Origin: Symbiobacterium thermophilum
GTDB lineage: Bacteria; Bacillota; Sulfobacillia; UBA995
Assembly (NCBI GenBank): GCA_020725145.1
Contig: DYFO01000002.1
Span: forward strand, 7,777 to 71,776
Direction of reading: 5' to 3'
DNA length: 64,000 bases
Shown here piece by piece: positions 27,893 through 36,455 of this stretch. The notes below the pieces were generated by a model, which ran no database searches, was not told where the DNA came from, and worked only from the letters and a program-made list of their open reading frames with translations. Positions within the stretch are counted from its first letter, which is position 1; the number at the start of each line of letters is the position of its first letter. The position numbers were made by a program, and so were the translations under genes.

Positions 27893-28510
27893 TTACTGGA
27901 TGAGCCCCAGCCATTCCTGTAGCACGTACTGCAGGCGCCCCAGGAACAGGTTGTAGCGGAACAGCACCGTGTTGCCGAACGCCGCCCCCAGGGCTATCAG
28001 GATCACGACCTTGCCGAACTGCGACGCGTACCCCATCGCGGGGTGTTCCTTGCTGACGGTGAAGAAGAAATACACCAGCGCGGAGAGGATGCAGATGAAG
28101 AAGAGCAGCTGGTTCACCACATTGCCCGCGCCGAAGTTCACGAAGCTGGCCGTTACCTGACCCAGGAACGGCTTGGCGTTGAAGGCCAGGTAGTACCCGG
28201 CGCCATACCCGATGTACGCCGACATGGGGTAACGGGCCAGCCAGGAGACGCTCGGGATGAACCGGGTATACAGAAGCAAGCCCAGGACGATGGGGATGAC
28301 GTATGCCCACCTGCCCTGCCCGATCATCTCGTCCTTGATCACGGGATGGATGTAGCTGTAGTAGTAGTAGGGAACACTCCAGCCGGTCGCCAGGGCGACC
28401 AGCACGTGCTCCGCCAGACGGTAGATGGGGTTGTCGCGATACAGGAAGGACCAGATGGCAAGCGTCCCGAGGGCTGCCGCCCATACCGCGGGATCTTTTG
28501 CGATGCTCAC
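27893..28510 (-). CDS. Polytopic integral membrane protein (about 6 hydrophobic segments), uncharacterised
   Basis: 205 aa, rich in aromatic and hydrophobic runs (LGTLAIWSFLY, VLVALATGWSVPYYYY, VIPIVLGLLLY, LLFFICILSALVYFFF, VVILIALGAAFG). I recognise no transporter signature. Confidence 0.65.
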   Translation of the reverse strand: MSIAKDPAVWAAALGTLAIWSFLYRDNPIYRLAEHVLVALATGWSVPYYYYSYIHPVIKDEMIGQGRWAYVIPIVLGLLLYTRFIPSVSWLARYPMSAYIGYGAGYYLAFNAKPFLGQVTASFVNFGAGNVVNQLLFFICILSALVYFFFTVSKEHPAMGYASQFGKVVILIALGAAFGNTVLFRYNLFLGRLQYVLQEWLGLIQ

Positions 28511-28561
28511 GCTATTTCACCTCCCCGTCCGCCACGGGACCGGTAGAGATTGCCGTTCGGT

Positions 28562-29386
28562 TCACTTGCGCGGGCTCGTCAGGTAACCGATGTTACCGAT
28601 GACCACCAGGAAGAACACCAGCAACGCGGCCAGCGATTGCGCGTCGGTGCCGGACGCTCCCCGGCCGGGTTTGCCGACCAGGATCTCGTACTCGGCTGCC
28701 CCCCGCAACCCGCCAATCTGGCCCGTGAACTGACCCGACTCCACGTAGGGCTTGTTCTCGGGGATGGACATGGTCAAGGTGGCCACGCTCATCGGTATCC
28801 CCTTCTCGGCACTGACGATACCGAGGTACTCCCTGCTGCCGGGGCTCCCCGTCTCAACCACGATGATGTGGCGGAAACCGCTGGCCTTGTCCAGGGCGTT
28901 GACTCCCCGCATGATGGAGTAGTCGGCCAGCGGCTTGCCGAAGTGATCGACGCCCCCGGCTCCCTCCATGATATTGGAGGTCATCAGCCTGAGGTTGGTG
29001 GTGGTTCCGGGCTTGTGCCCGAGGTTGATCCAGTCCACACCATACTGCTTTCCGTACTGCTCGGCTATGGGAGCAACGATGTCCTGGACGATCGTCGGGC
29101 CCCGGAGCCACATGCCGTAGACGACCGGCTTGAGGCCCTTTTGGAAAAGGTGGTGGAAAATCGCAACCACCTGCGGATCGAGTTCCGGCTTGGAAGATAC
29201 GTCGTACTCCGCCCCTACCCACACGAGGGAGCCCGCCGGCAGGGCGTCGAGCGCGTTGTAGACGGTCCTGACGTCGCTGCCGATCTTGACGGGAAGCCCG
29301 AGTGGAAACAGGAAGGCGACGATACCGACCACGAACACCAAAGCGTAAATCGGACGGCGGCCTAGCGCCTGAAGCCTTTGCATCAA
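28562..29386 (-). CDS. Bitopic membrane protein: N- and C-terminal TM helices flanking a ~210-aa soluble domain, uncharacterised
   Basis: 274 aa. N-terminal IYALVFVVGIVAFLFPLGL, C-terminal LAALLVFFLVVIGNIGYL. The central domain has no motif I recognise. Confidence 0.65.
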   Translation of the reverse strand: MMQRLQALGRRPIYALVFVVGIVAFLFPLGLPVKIGSDVRTVYNALDALPAGSLVWVGAEYDVSSKPELDPQVVAIFHHLFQKGLKPVVYGMWLRGPTIVQDIVAPIAEQYGKQYGVDWINLGHKPGTTTNLRLMTSNIMEGAGGVDHFGKPLADYSIMRGVNALDKASGFRHIIVVETGSPGSREYLGIVSAEKGIPMSVATLTMSIPENKPYVESGQFTGQIGGLRGAAEYEILVGKPGRGASGTDAQSLAALLVFFLVVIGNIGYLTSPRK

Positions 29387-29413
29387 GTCACACCTCCTTC
29401 CCCGGTGAGAGTG

Positions 29414-30040
29414 CTACCGGCCTCCGACGCCGCCCAGGTATGCCCGCTCAAGCCCGAGCATGACCCGCAGGGCGGTGGCGAAGCCGCCGAGATAGATCCC
29501 AAGGATGATGCCACGCATACCGGCGGTGTTGGGGATGTTGAGGATCCACGACCTGACGTCTCCCCAATAGCCCCAGATCGCCTCGCCGATGGGCGCCGAC
29601 CCCAGGAGGATGATCATCGCCGCCAGCAGCATGACCGTTGCCTCCCAGGTTCTTACCTTGAAAGCCCGGTAGGCGGCGGTGGTGATGAAGAAGGCGATGA
29701 TCCCGTACAGGGTCGCGTCCATGGGCGCGAAGATGTTGTCGAAGATCCACTTGTGGTGGAAGCCCTCGGTGGTGGTGATCAGCCCGAGGATGCCGTAGCC
29801 GTAGAGCACCAACAGCAGCACGATGCTGTTGTAGTAGCCGGGGGCCCGTCGCATGATCTTCTTGCCGTGGATCAAGGTGAGATTGATGACGCCGAGGCCG
29901 ATGGCGATGGCCCACATGAGGTTGCTCCACTTGTCCAGGACGTCAAGCCATCCCAGATTGTAGATGTGGAAGAAGAACTGCGAAAGAATCACGGCCAGGG
30001 CAGCCACCACGGTCAGCAGCATCGGGAACTCCTTACGCAT
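29414..30040 (-). CDS. Polytopic integral membrane protein (about 6 hydrophobic segments), uncharacterised
   Basis: 208 aa with MLLTVVAALAVILSQFFF, LMWAIAIGLGVINLTLI, IVLLLVLYGYGILGLI, LYGIIAFFITTAAY, VMLLAAMIILLG and GIILGIYLGGFATAL. Confidence 0.65.
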   Translation of the reverse strand: MRKEFPMLLTVVAALAVILSQFFFHIYNLGWLDVLDKWSNLMWAIAIGLGVINLTLIHGKKIMRRAPGYYNSIVLLLVLYGYGILGLITTTEGFHHKWIFDNIFAPMDATLYGIIAFFITTAAYRAFKVRTWEATVMLLAAMIILLGSAPIGEAIWGYWGDVRSWILNIPNTAGMRGIILGIYLGGFATALRVMLGLERAYLGGVGGR

Positions 30041-30112
30041 CGGAACACCTCCTCACTGCCCAAGTCTGGCCAGAGCGGCCCGCTGTTGCCGGCGGGCAGC
30101 CGGAGCGCGTGT

Positions 30113-30919
30113 TCACTTGGTCAGGATGCCCGTGAGCCAGTTGGTCTCGCCAACGTGCGCCAGGACGGTGCCCAGGATGATCAGGGCGAACACCCCGATG
30201 CGGGCCAGGTCCTGCCCCACCACCGTCCCCGTCAACACCGGTTCCTTCGAAAGGTACGCGCTGGCGGCGTACATCTCCTCGCCGATCAGCGTGTAGTCGC
30301 AGGCCGCGACGAAGAACGGGATCTGGTGGGTGTTGGCGGTGGCGCCGATCTGGATGGCCCCGAGGTAGGCTCCGCCCTCGGCGAACAACAGCGACTCGGC
30401 CCAGAAAGCCCCGAACATGATGTTGGCCGCCGGGCGCTCCCGCTCGTACATCCCGAGGACGGACGCAGCGTAGGCGAACTGCTCCGGCGAATGGTAGGTG
30501 ATGTCGTCGGGGTTGAAAGCATCGGGCCGGCCTGCCTCCAGGTACGCCTGCCGGATGACTTCCTGGTTGATGGCCATGACGAAAGCTTCCACGTTGGTCT
30601 GCAGCAGGCGGGTGTCATACTGGGCGCAGCGCTTGGCCACATGTCCGAGCATGGCGAAGGAAGCGAGCGTCTGTACGTTGGTGGCTTCGCCCAGACCCGG
30701 GGTGTAGTGCACGGGGCGACCCATCTCGGTGGCCCGACCGATGGCCTCGTCGATGGCCTCCAGGCCGGGGATCTTCCGGATCTCGGGGATCCTCTGGCCG
30801 GCGCGGGCCCGCTGGATCATGATGTAGACGAGGGCGCAGAAAACCAACAGGGCGAAGAAGGGGGCCACGTTGCCGGGCACAAAGACTCCCAGGGCTGGCG
30901 CGTCTTGCGCTAGCAGCAT
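30113..30919 (-). CDS. Bitopic membrane protein: TM - ~190-aa soluble domain - TM, uncharacterised; first gene of the membrane block
   Basis: 268 aa. N-terminal VAPFFALLVFCALVYIMI, C-terminal IGVFALIILGTVLAHV. ATG preceded by GTGAGGAGGTG. Confidence 0.65.
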   Translation of the reverse strand: MLLAQDAPALGVFVPGNVAPFFALLVFCALVYIMIQRARAGQRIPEIRKIPGLEAIDEAIGRATEMGRPVHYTPGLGEATNVQTLASFAMLGHVAKRCAQYDTRLLQTNVEAFVMAINQEVIRQAYLEAGRPDAFNPDDITYHSPEQFAYAASVLGMYERERPAANIMFGAFWAESLLFAEGGAYLGAIQIGATANTHQIPFFVAACDYTLIGEEMYAASAYLSKEPVLTGTVVGQDLARIGVFALIILGTVLAHVGETNWLTGILTK

Positions 30920-30952
30920 CTTGACTTGTCACCTCCTCACGGTATGGGTCTT

Positions 30953-30988
30953 GGAACAAAACAACAATTCGGTAAAGACCACCGAACT
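30953..30988 (-). terminator. Weak terminator-like hairpin with U-rich tail in an AT-rich intergenic patch
   Basis: Minus strand reads UUCGGU-ggucuuu-ACCGAA followed by UUGUUGUUUUGUU. The stem is only 6-7 bp, so read-through is likely. Confidence 0.3.
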
Positions 30989-31026
30989 CCTGCTATTGGC
31001 ACCAACTTTTTGTTCGCGAAAGCTTT

Positions 31027-31479
31027 CTAGCTGGACTTTGTTTCGGGAAGTCTGGTCTCGACTTCCCGGACGATGCTCTCGGGGTCGCCCTGGAAGTAGA
31101 GCACTACCGCACCGCGGCGCCGACGACGACGTCTGGGCAGCACCAGGCAATCGGGCTGGAGGCGCCAGCCCGCAAGGTCGTCCCACGGCACGAACTCCCC
31201 AAAGAAACCGAGGTGCCGCGTGTGCACGCCCCGCGTGGTGATCACGTAGTCAATGGGGAAGAAGAACTGGCTCAAGGCACCGACCAGCAACACCGCCGAC
31301 ACCAGGGTCAGCCCGGTCGAACGGTAGGCAACCTGCACCACCCCCAGCCCCGCCGCCAGCGCGGCCACCAACGCCAGAGAGCGGGCCGGTCGACGCCGTA
31401 GGAGGTGGGCCCGCCACCTCAGAAGCTCGCCCTCTGGAGCCTCTACCCCATCCCTGCTACCCGATTTTCCGTGCGTCAA
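31027..31479 (-). CDS. Membrane protein with two TM helices and a small C-terminal (PH-like?) domain
   Basis: 150 aa with LALVAALAAGLGVVQVAY and LTLVSAVLLVGALSQFFF, then about 80 soluble residues. A 4-nt overlap with the upstream gene suggests translational coupling. Confidence 0.55.
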   Translation of the reverse strand: MTHGKSGSRDGVEAPEGELLRWRAHLLRRRPARSLALVAALAAGLGVVQVAYRSTGLTLVSAVLLVGALSQFFFPIDYVITTRGVHTRHLGFFGEFVPWDDLAGWRLQPDCLVLPRRRRRRRGAVVLYFQGDPESIVREVETRLPETKSS

Positions 31480-32690
31480 ACCCTTGCCCCCCTTCGTCCG
31501 TCCGTCACCCCGCCCAGCAGCAGCGCCGCCAGCCGATGGTCATACCGTAGCGTCACCGCTTGCTCCGGGCACAGCTCGTGGCAACACAGGCACCCCACAC
31601 AGCAGTACTTGTTCACGCGGGGCGGCCCTGTCTCCGGGGTGATGGCCCCCACGGGGCAGCTGGCTCGGCACAGCCCGCACGCGGTACAGCGTTCGGCATC
31701 GATGACGGGACTCACCCGCCCCAGCTCCAGGGCCCATCTCACCAGCGGACGTGGCAGCCTGCCGGTCAGTGCCCGCAGGAACATGCCCGTGGGCAGCCGA
31801 AAGCCCCTTACCTTGAGTTCTTCCAGGTGGTCGCCCACCGGTACTACATCCTCGTAGCGGGCGGTGCCCGTTCCCATGGCCGCCGCGGCCGCGGTTGTCG
31901 GCACCACCTGCGGATGCAGTCCCACCAGCATGGCGGCGACGGTATCAACCGCCACGCCGTCATGCCCCGCCAGGAGCGCCCCCACGTGCCGGGGCCGCCC
32001 GGCTCCCGGACCGTTACCCTCCATGGCCACCACCGCGTCCATCAGGGTCAGCGCCGGCCGCACCGTCCGGTAGAGATCGCAGAGCAAGGCTGCCAGCTCC
32101 TCAACCCGTGGCGCCACGCGGTGGCAATCCGCCTTCTGCAGGCCGGGCAGGCAGCCCAGGACGTTCTTCACCGCGCCGGTAAGCACGGTCAGGCTGTGGG
32201 TCTTCAGTTTCGGAAGGTTGACCACCAGGTCGGCCTCGGCCACGGGGCGCGACAGGTAGAAGACGGGGAAGACGTCGCGGGTGTGACCGCGATTGGGCAC
32301 CGCCACCACACCCTCCTGATCGAAGTTCAGCACCCGTGCGCCCGCCTCGCGGGCCGCCCTGGCGACCCCCGAAACCTCGAGGGCAGCGGCGGTAAGGCTC
32401 TGACCCAGGACGGCACCGCCGGAGCTGTCTCCCACCCATACGTCGGCTCCGAATCCGCGGAGCACGGCGGTGACCGCCGCCACGACCGCCGGATGGGTGG
32501 TGACCGCCCGACCGGGCGGCCGGGGGCTAAGCAGATTGGCCTTGAGGAGCACCCGGGTCCCGGGTCGGATCCCGTCGCCGGGGCCGCCGACGGCGGTCAA
32601 CGCCCGCCTGACGGCCTCACGCACCTCCTCGCGGGCATAATCGGCACATCGTGCCAGGGCAACTCTCACCGGCTCGCCCAGCCGGACCAC
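31476..32690 (-). CDS. DUF362-family protein fused to a 2x[4Fe-4S] ferredoxin domain
   Basis: The track ORF extends to 32891. The likely start is GTG at 32690 (VVRLGEPVRVALARC...). It has GTRVLLKANLL...THPAVV...VGDSSG and C-terminal CTACGLCRASCP plus CVGCLCCHELCP. Confidence 0.7.
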   Translation of the reverse strand: MVRLGEPVRVALARCADYAREEVREAVRRALTAVGGPGDGIRPGTRVLLKANLLSPRPPGRAVTTHPAVVAAVTAVLRGFGADVWVGDSSGGAVLGQSLTAAALEVSGVARAAREAGARVLNFDQEGVVAVPNRGHTRDVFPVFYLSRPVAEADLVVNLPKLKTHSLTVLTGAVKNVLGCLPGLQKADCHRVAPRVEELAALLCDLYRTVRPALTLMDAVVAMEGNGPGAGRPRHVGALLAGHDGVAVDTVAAMLVGLHPQVVPTTAAAAAMGTGTARYEDVVPVGDHLEELKVRGFRLPTGMFLRALTGRLPRPLVRWALELGRVSPVIDAERCTACGLCRASCPVGAITPETGPPRVNKYCCVGCLCCHELCPEQAVTLRYDHRLAALLLGGVTDGRRGARV

Positions 32691-32821
32691 CTCCCGGGCC
32701 GGTAGGAGGCCGGGGCGGGCCTCCCCTGCACGGGGAGACCCGCCCCGGGACCATGCCCTCGTGAAGCCCTCCCCGCCCCCGGGAATTGCTTCGGGGCGGC
32801 TTGCCCTTATCCTCCACGGGG

Positions 32822-33322
32822 TTACCGAAGTTGGATCCCCGCCGGTCCCACGAACCTGACGGCAGCCGGCTCTCCCAAAAAGACGGCCCACGCCTCGTAC
32901 TGTCCTGGCTCAAGCGGGCGCCCCCGGTCGTCGCGCCCGGTCCAGACGGCGGTGTAGATCAAAGTCTCACCGGGTTCCAGCACGAGGCGGCGGCCCGTGG
33001 TACCGTCGGTTCTTGGGCGCCACCACTGCCACACCACCAGGTCTCCCCTGGTTATGGTGAAGTCGCACTCCTGCCCGGCCAAAAATTCCAGTACGACTGC
33101 CTGACCGCCCGCGTTGCGTACCGTCAGTCTCAGCTCCACCGGCTCTCCTACGCCGGCCACCGCTTTGGAGCATTCCAGGCTGTAGGCCAGCCCTTGCGGT
33201 TCCTCACACAAGAGCCCGGGGTCGGGTTCGGGGAGAGCCTCCTGTCCCCCGCTCTTCGGCCAGCCGACCAGCGCCACCATCGCAACCGCCGCGATGCCCA
33301 GCAGGTAGCGGGAAAGGCGCAT
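32822..33322 (-). CDS. Secreted BsuPI-like intracellular-proteinase-inhibitor domain protein
   Basis: 166 aa with an N-terminal signal/anchor (YLLGIAAVAMVALVG), then LRLTVRNAGGQAVVLEFLAGQECDFTI...VVWQW...LEPGETLIYTAVW. Confidence 0.65.
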   Translation of the reverse strand: MRLSRYLLGIAAVAMVALVGWPKSGGQEALPEPDPGLLCEEPQGLAYSLECSKAVAGVGEPVELRLTVRNAGGQAVVLEFLAGQECDFTITRGDLVVWQWWRPRTDGTTGRRLVLEPGETLIYTAVWTGRDDRGRPLEPGQYEAWAVFLGEPAAVRFVGPAGIQLR

Positions 33323-33399
33323 GCCCGCACACCTCCGCCCTCCTATCCTACTCCCTGCTGGATAGACGAGTCCGGCCCTGCGAAGTTTCCCGGATCACG

Positions 33400-34281
33400 T
33401 CAGGCGTGGCCGATCTCTTCCCTGAGGCCGAGGTAGAGGGCGATGTTTGCCCGCGGGTGCCGTACCGGCTCGATCTTGCCCCCGTCGGCGGTCAGCACGG
33501 TGGTCACCCCGGGTCCGTGCCCCGCCAGGTAGGAATCGGTGTGAACCACCACCCCCACTTCTATGGAGCCCCGGCGGTAGCTTCGGCCGAAGCTTCCGGA
33601 CCGGTCGCGCACCGCCACGAGGTCGCCTAGCCGCAGCCCGAGCAAGCCGTGTTCTCGGAGAACCTCGCGGTCCTGGGTGGTAATGTCGTAGTCTCCTCGC
33701 TCCGATGAAGGCGACCCGATCCCCGATCCCATCAGTTCGGGAGGAACCTCGGCCACCACCGGAACCCGCAACCTGCCACCGGCCGCCTCCACCTGCATCC
33801 TTTCCAGCAGGTCGGGATCGAGGTTCATGCACCTGACGCCCGGGAATCCCTCGATCTCCAGTCCCTGCCCGCAAGCCCGGATCTGGATCTTGTCGCCCAG
33901 GACCAGTCGCTCGAGGACGTCGGGAGGGAAGTCCACGAGAACGTGCTCTATCCCCCCGTGCTTGCCCACCACCGTCCCGCGCTCGCCTCTGGCCTCTCCG
34001 GAAACCACCACCGCCACGTTCCCCAGGCAGGCCAGCGCGTTGAGTGCGCCGTTGCTTTGCTCGTCCTTCACCTTGATGCTGACGCCGGGCTCCACATGAT
34101 CCCCCGCCCACCCCAGTGCGGGGTCACCGACCCGGACGTTGTAGACGATTCCGCCCACCCCGGGCAAGAGCCGGGCCACACCGTCGAAGCCCACCCGATA
34201 GGGAGCCCTGAGCTGAGGCGACGACACTTCTCCCAGCACCGATATCTTGACCAGCCGGTCACGGTTGAGTTTCAAGATCAC
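33400..34281 (-). CDS. Conserved hypothetical protein (DUF4438-like by recollection)
   Basis: 293 aa, beta-rich, with no catalytic motif recognised. Confidence 0.5.
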   Translation of the reverse strand: MILKLNRDRLVKISVLGEVSSPQLRAPYRVGFDGVARLLPGVGGIVYNVRVGDPALGWAGDHVEPGVSIKVKDEQSNGALNALACLGNVAVVVSGEARGERGTVVGKHGGIEHVLVDFPPDVLERLVLGDKIQIRACGQGLEIEGFPGVRCMNLDPDLLERMQVEAAGGRLRVPVVAEVPPELMGSGIGSPSSERGDYDITTQDREVLREHGLLGLRLGDLVAVRDRSGSFGRSYRRGSIEVGVVVHTDSYLAGHGPGVTTVLTADGGKIEPVRHPRANIALYLGLREEIGHA

Positions 34282-34320
34282 CGACTCCTCTCCGGTACCT
34301 CGTCCTCCGGCGAGCGCCGT

Positions 34321-35358
34321 CTACCCCGCCGGCTCCAGGCGCCCCGTCGCGCGGATGGCGCCGCAGGGCTCTCCGCGATGGTCGAGCACGCGAGGACGGT
34401 GAAGATCGGCCATGAGCGAGGTCTCGTGCCCGTCCAGTGCCCCTATTTGCTGCAGCAATTCGATCACCGCCGGCGGCACCGCCCGTGCCGACCCGTCCTC
34501 GATCTTCAGCGCCAGTCCCCAGCCCTGCCCGACCGTGCCGACGCAGTAGACACCCTCGGCTCCCGACTTGCTCACCAGCTTTCCGCCTGCCACCTGCATG
34601 AGCCGCGTGCACAGCCTGCCGGTCCCTGCCACCAGCTCGGGGTGCGCCTGCATGGCCCCGGTGACCGCCCGGGCCGCGCGCCCGATCGCCTCGGGCAACT
34701 CGGCAGGTTGGGCCAGACGTGCATAGGCACGCGCCATCGACGCAAGCGGCATCGCCCAGACCGGCGCCCCGCACCCGTCCACCGCCACTTCGAGATCCTC
34801 CGGAGCCATGCCGGCGAACAGCGCCAGATTGCCGCGGTTGCGCACCTGCAGCGGGTGCTCGGGGTCAAGGTATCCCTGGGTTGGCCAGCCGAGGTGCCGG
34901 CAGGCGGCTAGCATGCCGGCGTGCTTGCCCGAGCAGTTGTTGTGCAGCGGCCCCGGCCGCTCGCCCGCCCGCTCGAGTTCGCGTGCGGCCGTGGCGTCCA
35001 ACGGGGGATGGACGCCGCAGGCAAGCGCGTCCGTCTCCAACCCTACCTTTCGCAGGATGGAGCTCACCGCCTCCAGGTGCTGCCTCTCGCCGGAGTGGGA
35101 GCCACACATCACCGCGATCTCCGGCGGTGTAAAGCCGTAGCGGGCGGCCGCTCCGGTCTCCAGCACCGTCAGGGCATGGAAAGGCTTGGCCGCCGAGCGC
35201 ATGAAGGCCATGCGGTACGGGTTGCCGAGCCGGAACAGAAGCTTGCCGGCGGCATCCACGACCGCCGCGTCCCCGCGGTGAAGGCTCTCCCGTCCCTTGC
35301 CACGCACCACTTCCACCAGTACCGCGGGGAGCAAGGTGTCCTCGATCACCGTCCCCAT
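34321..35358 (-). CDS. Asparaginase II-family (Rhizobium-type) amidohydrolase
   Basis: 345 aa with MRSAAKPF, MCGSHSGE and NNCSGKHAGML motifs. Confidence 0.8.
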   Translation of the reverse strand: MGTVIEDTLLPAVLVEVVRGKGRESLHRGDAAVVDAAGKLLFRLGNPYRMAFMRSAAKPFHALTVLETGAAARYGFTPPEIAVMCGSHSGERQHLEAVSSILRKVGLETDALACGVHPPLDATAARELERAGERPGPLHNNCSGKHAGMLAACRHLGWPTQGYLDPEHPLQVRNRGNLALFAGMAPEDLEVAVDGCGAPVWAMPLASMARAYARLAQPAELPEAIGRAARAVTGAMQAHPELVAGTGRLCTRLMQVAGGKLVSKSGAEGVYCVGTVGQGWGLALKIEDGSARAVPPAVIELLQQIGALDGHETSLMADLHRPRVLDHRGEPCGAIRATGRLEPAG

Positions 35359-36455
35359 CCCTCCCGATCCAGGAGATCGGCCACTTCCTCCAACGGAAAC
35401 GCCGGAGCGTGGTGCCCGTCGCGACCGGTCATCGCGTCCGCCAGGGCCAGTGCGTTGTACACCGCCTCCTCGGTCGCCTCGGCCGCCGCCCGCAGGAGCA
35501 GGTCAAACCCTGGAACGTGGTCCGGCAGGCGCACCTCCGGCCAGCACACCTCCGACGGGCGGTGAGGCTCGCGGTTGGCGGTGGAGAAGGCGATGGCGAA
35601 ATCCCCGCTTCCGTGAAAGGCGTACCCACCCGTACGCGCAAGCCCCACCACCGCCCGGCGGGCAAGCCTGCCCAGCTGCCGCGAGTCAAGGGGGGCATCG
35701 GTGGCAACTACCACGACGACCGAGCCTCCGGTCGGCGGCTCGCCCGTGGGTTCGGACGCCCGACCCAGCAAGCGTCCGACCGGCACCCCGAGCACCAGGA
35801 GGTCGTCCCTGCGCCCGAAGTTGACCTGTGCCAGCACCCCAAGCAGGAAATCAAGTCCGCCTATCGTCACCGTCCGCGATGCCGAACCGATGCCCGCCTT
35901 GAACCCGAAGGCGATCATCCCCGTCCCGCCGCCGACCGACCCGCCCAGCACCTCGTCCTCCGAGGCCACGTCCAAGGCCTGGAAGACATGCTGACACCGC
36001 ACGTGTCTGCCCTGGATGTCGTTTAACCAGGCGTCGCTGCACTCGCCCACCACCGGGTTCACGGTTCCGGTGCTCACGCCGATCTCCGGATTGCGGGCCA
36101 CCATGTACTGGACCAGGGCATCGGCCGCCAATCCCACGTTGAGGGTTCCCGTCAGCAGGATGGGCGTCTCCAGGTTTCCAAGTTCCACGACCTGATGTAG
36201 CCCCACCGCCTTGCCGAATCCGTTGATGACATAGGCCGCAGCCTTGGCTTTCTCACGGAAAGGATCACCGGCGTGTGGCCAGATCGCCGTGACCCCGGTG
36301 CGAACCGGCCCTTGTCCCGGAACCAGGGGGCCCTCGCCGTGAATGAGCGTGACGTGGCCTACCCTGACACCGGTCACGTCGGTGATGGCGTTGCGAGGTC
36401 CCGGGGGAAGCCGTCCGGTGACGATGCCCAGATCGCGCAGCGTCTTGCGCTTCAC
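35346..36455 (-). CDS. Peptidase S58 (DmpA/BapA-type aminopeptidase) family protein
   Basis: The track ORF is over-extended. The likely start is GTG at 36455, overlapping the upstream stop as GTGA and preceded by GGGAGGTG (VKRKTLRDLGIVTGRLPPGPRNAITDVTGVRVGH...). It has VNPVVGECSD and GGGTGM motifs. Confidence 0.8.
   Translation of the reverse strand: MKRKTLRDLGIVTGRLPPGPRNAITDVTGVRVGHVTLIHGEGPLVPGQGPVRTGVTAIWPHAGDPFREKAKAAAYVINGFGKAVGLHQVVELGNLETPILLTGTLNVGLAADALVQYMVARNPEIGVSTGTVNPVVGECSDAWLNDIQGRHVRCQHVFQALDVASEDEVLGGSVGGGTGMIAFGFKAGIGSASRTVTIGGLDFLLGVLAQVNFGRRDDLLVLGVPVGRLLGRASEPTGEPPTGGSVVVVVATDAPLDSRQLGRLARRAVVGLARTGGYAFHGSGDFAIAFSTANREPHRPSEVCWPEVRLPDHVPGFDLLLRAAAEATEEAVYNALALADAMTGRDGHHAPAFPLEEVADLLDREGWGR

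Noticed and set aside
30920-31026. A sigma-54 or strong sigma-A promoter for the membrane-gene block in the AT-rich 107-nt gap (for example TTGGTGCCAATAGCA).
   Set aside because: The GG/GC spacing is wrong for a -24/-12 promoter. The best -35/-10 pair (TTGTTG-17-TACCGT) is poor. Transcription may instead come from upstream read-through.
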